A stretch of DNA of 64,000 bases, taken from positions 2,656,001 through 2,720,000 of the forward strand of contig OZ242008.1 of assembly GCA_965204735.1 (NCBI GenBank), written 5' to 3'. The position numbers were made by a program, and so were the translations under genes. The stretch's first letter is position 1; each line of letters begins with the position of its first letter. Below are positions 59,371 to 64,000 of the stretch, piece after piece. This DNA is from Longimicrobiales bacterium (lineage in GTDB: Bacteria; Gemmatimonadota; Gemmatimonadetes; Longimicrobiales; Gaopeijiaceae). The notes beneath the pieces were generated by a model. That model searched no databases and was not told the origin of the DNA. It worked only from the letters and a program-made list of their open reading frames with translations.

Positions 59371-61551
59371 CTACCGTCCGCCCTGCGTCGCCGTCCGACC
59401 CTCCGGCGGGTTCTCGATCAGGTAGTGGACGAACCAGCTTCTGATCCGCTCCAGCCGGTCCACCAGCAGCCAGGGCTCTCCGGTCCGCGAGAGTCCGTGA
59501 GAGGACCTGGGGTAGCGCACCAGCTCCACGGGCACGCCCAGCTTCTTCAGGGACATGAACCACTGCTCGCCGTCGCCGATGGGCGTCCGGTAGTCGTTCT
59601 CGCTGTGGATGATCAGGGTCGGCGCAGTCACGTTCTCCACGTAGGAGATCGGCGACAGCCGCCGGTACAGGTCGCGCTGTTCCCACGGCGGTCCGTAGAA
59701 CTCGTACTCGGTGAGCCTCTGGGCGTCCGACGTGCCCCACCAGCTCTCCCAGTTGACGATCGACCGCGACGTGACCGCTGCGTGGAAGCGGTCGGTGGTC
59801 GCCGTCAGCCAGTTGGTCATGAAGCCGCCGTAGCTCCCGCCCGAGACCCCCACCCGGGTCGAGTCGATCTCGGCGTACTCGGCCAGCGCCGCGTCCACTC
59901 CCGCCAAGTAGTCCTCCCTGTCCACGATCCCCCAATCCCCGCGAGTCGCGTACTGGAAGTCGTGTCCATAGCCCGACGAGCCCCGGGGGTTGGTGTACAG
60001 CACGAAGAAGCCGGCGGCGGACAAGACGTGGAACGTGGGGAAGAAGGTGTTCCCGTAGGCCGAGTGGGGTCCGCCGTGAATCTTCAGGATCAACGGGTAC
60101 GAGCCGCCCCGCCGGAACTCGACCGGCCTCACCAGCCAGCCCTGCACTTCCGTCCCGTCCTCGGCGTTCCACAGCAGCTCCTCGGCGGGCATCAGCTCCA
60201 CTTCCGAGAGCCACGCGTCGTTGAAGCCCGTCGCCTTCTGCTCGGTGGCGCCGTCGCCCCGGCTCACGTAGAGCTCCCCGGGCGTGGCCGCGTCGGTGGC
60301 CGCGTAGGCCATCACGCCGCCGTCGGCGGAGAAGGAGAACGACGACAGGCGGCGGGGTCCCAGCGTGACCTGGCGCACCGAGTCTCCGGGAGCCGCCCGG
60401 AAGAGGTGGCTGTCCCCGCGCACCCCCGCCGAGAAGAGGACGACGCTGCCGTCGGCGGACCAAGCGGGGGCGCCGGGCCGCAGGTCCCACGCCTCCGTCA
60501 AGTTGGCCGGCCGGCCCCGGAAGTTGCCGCCGGCCCCGATCTCCACCACCAGCAAGTCGGTCTGGGCGCCCCGTTCGGGGGTCGACAGGAAGGCCAGGCT
60601 GCGGCCGTCCGGCGACACGGCCGGAGCGCTCTCGGTGCCCGGGTTCGTCGTCAGTCGGCGCACGGTTCCTCCGTCGGCGTCCACCGACCAGATGTCGCCC
60701 GAGTTCTCGGTGCGAAGCTCCTCGTCCTGCCGCTCGTCGCCGGTGAAGAACACGGTGCGCCCGTCGGGCGACCAGGCCGGGCTTCCGGCGTCGAAGTCCA
60801 GCTCGGTCAGCTGCCGGGGCGCTCCGCCGGCAGCGTCCACGACGATCACCTGCCGCTTCTGCCGCACCGAGTAGTGGGGCTGGAACGACAACCGGCCGTC
60901 CCTCTTGTAGCGGATCGAGGTGACGACCCGCCCGTCGAAGCGCTCCGGGTCCAGCGTGCGGCTGACGGCGTCCGGGGCGATCCACCCCTCGCGGGCGTCC
61001 GCTCCCCGGGCTTCCCCGTCGCCGCCTCCGTCCGAGTCGTCGCCCGCGGGGGCCTTCACGTAGGCGATCTTTGACCCGTCGGGAGACCACACCGGCGGCC
61101 CTTCGACTCCTTCGACGTGGAACGCCTCGCCGCCCGGCCGGTCGATCCGCAGGAACCAGATTGGGTTCGGGTCGCCCCCTCGGGAAGACGAGAACGCCAG
61201 CAGGGCGCCGTCGGGAGACCACCGGGGACCGCTGGACTCCTCCGTGGGGCTCGTGGCGCGGAAGGCTCGGCCGTCGGGCCTTCCGTCGGAGAGGGGCTGA
61301 AGCCAGACCTCGCGATGGCGCCGGTTGTCGTCTTCCACCACGGTCGTGACCGTGAACGCGACCCAGTCGCCCGGCGGCGACACCGCCACCTCGCCGACGC
61401 CGACCAGCCGGTAGTAGCGCTCCGGCGCGTAGCCGCTCTTCTGGGCCTCGGCGCCGCCGTGGATGCCGAGGATTCCGAAGGCGCCGGCCGCCAGCGCGCC
61501 GAAGGCCGCGCGCCGCCGGGTCGCAGCGTCTCGGGCACGTGGACGCGCCAT
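59371..61551 (-). CDS. S9 family peptidase (acylaminoacyl/dipeptidyl peptidase-like)
   Basis: WSPDG repeats, IHGGPH, NPRGSSGYG, GGSYGG, HSENDYR, SSHG. Confidence 0.92.
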   Translation of the reverse strand: MARPRARDAATRRRAAFGALAAGAFGILGIHGGAEAQKSGYAPERYYRLVGVGEVAVSPPGDWVAFTVTTVVEDDNRRHREVWLQPLSDGRPDGRAFRATSPTEESSGPRWSPDGALLAFSSSRGGDPNPIWFLRIDRPGGEAFHVEGVEGPPVWSPDGSKIAYVKAPAGDDSDGGGDGEARGADAREGWIAPDAVSRTLDPERFDGRVVTSIRYKRDGRLSFQPHYSVRQKRQVIVVDAAGGAPRQLTELDFDAGSPAWSPDGRTVFFTGDERQDEELRTENSGDIWSVDADGGTVRRLTTNPGTESAPAVSPDGRSLAFLSTPERGAQTDLLVVEIGAGGNFRGRPANLTEAWDLRPGAPAWSADGSVVLFSAGVRGDSHLFRAAPGDSVRQVTLGPRRLSSFSFSADGGVMAYAATDAATPGELYVSRGDGATEQKATGFNDAWLSEVELMPAEELLWNAEDGTEVQGWLVRPVEFRRGGSYPLILKIHGGPHSAYGNTFFPTFHVLSAAGFFVLYTNPRGSSGYGHDFQYATRGDWGIVDREDYLAGVDAALAEYAEIDSTRVGVSGGSYGGFMTNWLTATTDRFHAAVTSRSIVNWESWWGTSDAQRLTEYEFYGPPWEQRDLYRRLSPISYVENVTAPTLIIHSENDYRTPIGDGEQWFMSLKKLGVPVELVRYPRSSHGLSRTGEPWLLVDRLERIRSWFVHYLIENPPEGRTATQGGR

Positions 61552-61717
61552 TGCCTTTCCTCTTGCCGCTGATGGAACCCTGTGCGCCGGTGGAACCGGC
61601 CGCACCTGATGCGCTATCGTGAGCGTGCGACGACATGGTTGGGCACGGGGGCAGCGCATGGTCATGAAGATGGTGCAAGCACTTCGGAGGCGTCCAGTGG
61701 GGCGGAGGAGGCCAGCC

Positions 61718-61818
61718 GCCGCCCGACGGACGATGCGGCGGGCGACGTCCAGGCGGCAAAGCTCCGGGCCCGCGGGTACCGGGCGAGCGGCCGCCCGACG
61801 GACGAAGCGGCGGGCGAC
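61718..61818. repeat. 29-bp direct repeat pair with hairpin potential
   Basis: gccgcccgacggacga(t/a)gcggcgggcgac at 61718 and 61790. Confidence 0.75.
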
Positions 61819-63655
61819 CCGGCAGGGAAGATGGCGCGGATTCGAGTGGACGACGCATCGGACCGCGCGTCGGTCATGGCTCCCTCTGCTGGCTTGCGCG
61901 GTCGCCTTTGCGCGGTCGGCCGAAGCCCAGGTCGTTCGCGGCCGCCTCGTGGAGGCGGGCGACGTGCGACCCGTGGGCGGCGCAATGGTCACCCTGGTCG
62001 CGGCGGGAGGCGGCGACGCGGGCAGGAGCCTGACCCGAGACAGCGGCCTCTTCGAGCTCGTCGCGTCCGGCCCGGGAGAGTACTGGCTGCGAGCCGAACG
62101 GATCGGCTACGCCACCACCCGCTCCGACCCCTTCCGCCTGGCCGTCGGAGACACGCTGGTCGTCGGCCTGGAAGCGAGCGTGGAGGCCATCTCCCTGGAG
62201 GGGGTCCGGGCCGAGGGGGGGCGACGCTGCCGGGTGAGGCCCGAGGAGGGGCTGGCGGTCACCCGGGTGTGGGACGAGGCCCGGAAGGCGCTGGCCGCGG
62301 CCGCGTGGACCCAGGACCGGGGGATGTACCAGTACGAGATGACCGGCGTGACCCGGCGGCTGGACCGGGACGGACGGCAGGTGCTGTCGGAGGAGCGCAC
62401 CTACCAGCAGGGATACCGCAAGGCGCCGTTCGTCGCCCGCGACGCCGACTCCCTTGCGGCCGAGGGCTTCGCCCGCCTCTCCGCCAACGAATCCGTGTAC
62501 TGGGCGCCGGACGCCGGCGTGCTGCTCTCCGACGCGTTCCTCGACACCCACTGCTTCCGACTGAGGGAGGACCACGACGACGCGCCCGGACTGATCGGCC
62601 TCGCCTTCGAGCCCGTCCCCCGACGGCGGGTGCCGGAGGTCGGCGGCACGCTGTGGGTGGACCCCATCTCCGCCGAGCTTCGCTGGCTGGACTTCGGCTA
62701 CCGGAACCTGGACCTGCCCGACGTTCTCATGCGGAGCTCGCCCGGGGGCCGGGTCGAGTTCAGGGCGCTCCCCAACGGCACGTGGATCGTGAGTTCCTGG
62801 CACATCCGCATGCCTCGGGGCAAGACGACGACCAACCCGCTCACCAAGCGGCTGGCGGTGGAGCTGGAGGGCGTGGTCCTTCAGGGCGGGGATGTGGTGC
62901 GGGTCCACGGCAACGACGGCGTCGTTCTGGAAGCGGAGGCCGGGGGAAGGATCGCCGGCATCGTCTTCGACAGCCTGCGGGGGGGCTTGCCGGGGGCGCG
63001 GGTCGTGGTCGACGCGCTGGGCGCCGAAGTCGAGACCGACTGGGAGGGCCGCTTCGAGATGGCGGGCCTGCCGCCGGGCACGTACGCGGTCAACTTCTCC
63101 CATCCCTACCTGGAGCGGCTCTCCTACAGCGCCGAGCCCTTCTTGGTCGAGGTCGCCGAGGGCGCCGGGACTCCGGCCCAGGTCAACTTCTCGGCGCCGA
63201 CTGTGGGCCGCGCGCTCTCGCGGGCGTGTCGAGACGTGGAAGCGCCCGGTGCGCGGATGGAAGTGTCGGGCGCGGCAACCCGCTCGTCGGGCATCCTCGC
63301 GGGACGGGTCGTGGACTTGGCCGGCGCGCCTGTGCCCGGCGCCCAGGTGCGGATACTGTCGCGGGCCTACGGCATCAGGGCGGACCAGGGGGCCGCGAGC
63401 CGGGACGTGCTTCTGCAGGAAGGCCGCGCGGGCGTGATCGTCGCCGCCGGCGCCGCCGGCCGCTACCTGGCCTGCTGGGTCCCCGTGGACGCCACCTTGG
63501 AAGTCGCGGTCGTGGAAGCCGGCGACGAGCTGGGTCCTGGGGGACTGGAAGCCGCCTACTCGCCTTCCGAGCTCGTCGGCAGGAGCCGCAACACCGTTAC
63601 GATCCCTTCCTCGCGCCCATTCGCGATATTGGACTTGCGGGTCGAGCGCAAGTAG
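61733..63655 (+). CDS. Secreted protein with several carboxypeptidase-regulatory-like domains
   Basis: AQVVRGRLVE..PVGGAMVTL, YWLRAERIGY, YWAPDAGVLLSDAFLDTHCF, TDWEGRF. Start codon uncertain (61619-61733). Confidence 0.75.
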   Translation: MRRATSRRQSSGPAGTGRAAARRTKRRATRQGRWRGFEWTTHRTARRSWLPLLACAVAFARSAEAQVVRGRLVEAGDVRPVGGAMVTLVAAGGGDAGRSLTRDSGLFELVASGPGEYWLRAERIGYATTRSDPFRLAVGDTLVVGLEASVEAISLEGVRAEGGRRCRVRPEEGLAVTRVWDEARKALAAAAWTQDRGMYQYEMTGVTRRLDRDGRQVLSEERTYQQGYRKAPFVARDADSLAAEGFARLSANESVYWAPDAGVLLSDAFLDTHCFRLREDHDDAPGLIGLAFEPVPRRRVPEVGGTLWVDPISAELRWLDFGYRNLDLPDVLMRSSPGGRVEFRALPNGTWIVSSWHIRMPRGKTTTNPLTKRLAVELEGVVLQGGDVVRVHGNDGVVLEAEAGGRIAGIVFDSLRGGLPGARVVVDALGAEVETDWEGRFEMAGLPPGTYAVNFSHPYLERLSYSAEPFLVEVAEGAGTPAQVNFSAPTVGRALSRACRDVEAPGARMEVSGAATRSSGILAGRVVDLAGAPVPGAQVRILSRAYGIRADQGAASRDVLLQEGRAGVIVAAGAAGRYLACWVPVDATLEVAVVEAGDELGPGGLEAAYSPSELVGRSRNTVTIPSSRPFAILDLRVERK

Positions 63656-63717
63656 GGGCCCGCCAGCGGCCGCCGCCCGGACCCCGAACCCCGAACTTCC
63701 CACGAACACGGTCAACC

Positions 63718-64000
63718 GTGAGCAGACCACCTTCTCTCGCTCTTCCGGCTCTCGGACCCCTCCTGGCCGGACCGCTCCTGGCTGCCGGACTCGGGCTCCA
63801 TGCGCAGGAACCTCCGGCTCGGGACACGGTCTCCCTGGCGCCCCTGGTCGTCTCGGTTCTGCGATCCCCCGTTCGGCTCGACCGAATGCCCTTCTCCGTT
63901 TCGGTGCTGTCGGGCCCCGATCTCTCGGAAGGGGCCGCCGGCCTCTTCCTCGACGAGGCGCTCCACGGACTGCCCGGCGTGCGGGTGCAGAACCGCTACA
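63718..64000 (+). CDS. TonB-dependent receptor, N-terminal part
   Basis: Manual translation: signal peptide, then AQEPPARDTVSLAPLVVSVLRSPVRLDRMPFSVSVL...LDEALHGLPGVRVQNRY (TonB box and plug start). Runs off the window. Confidence 0.8.
   Translation, partial: MSRPPSLALPALGPLLAGPLLAAGLGLHAQEPPARDTVSLAPLVVSVLRSPVRLDRMPFSVSVLSGPDLSEGAAGLFLDEALHGLPGVRVQNRY

Noticed and set aside
63712..63966. 84-aa minus-strand ORF
   Set aside because: Antisense to the TonB-dependent receptor start on the plus strand.

Overview
A very GC-rich bacterial chromosomal segment. The repertoire (secreted 6-bladed beta-propellers, carboxypeptidase-regulatory-like domain proteins, a DUF5916 barrel, S9/S10 peptidases) suggests Gemmatimonadota or a similar lineage; this is inference only. 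There are two defence regions. (i) 1-4.5 kb holds a PLD-SNF2 helicase running off the left edge, an ABC/AAA ATPase and a Schlafen(AlbA_2)-HATPase protein. (ii) About 24.9-42 kb, next to tRNA-Leu(TAA), holds an MNT-HEPN pair, an atypical class I DISARM locus and a Fic protein. The DISARM locus comprises drmD, an orphan antitoxin with a VapC stub, drmMI frameshifted at a C18 tract, a motif-degenerate ATPase and a single 1731-aa DrmA-DrmB fusion, with no drmC. The rest is envelope and housekeeping: an RND efflux trio, MscS, a serine hydrolase, apaG, two tandem pairs of beta-propellers with patchy divergence, FAH, an EamA transporter, peptidases, a GT4, metH, a Hcy-methyltransferase/MTHFR fusion, an MTHFR-like gene and the start of a TonB-dependent receptor. 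An A-tract-phased 11-bp-period element occurs twice (25.6 kb and 56.8 kb), and short tandem duplications are frequent. All family calls rest on motifs read by eye; no searches were run.
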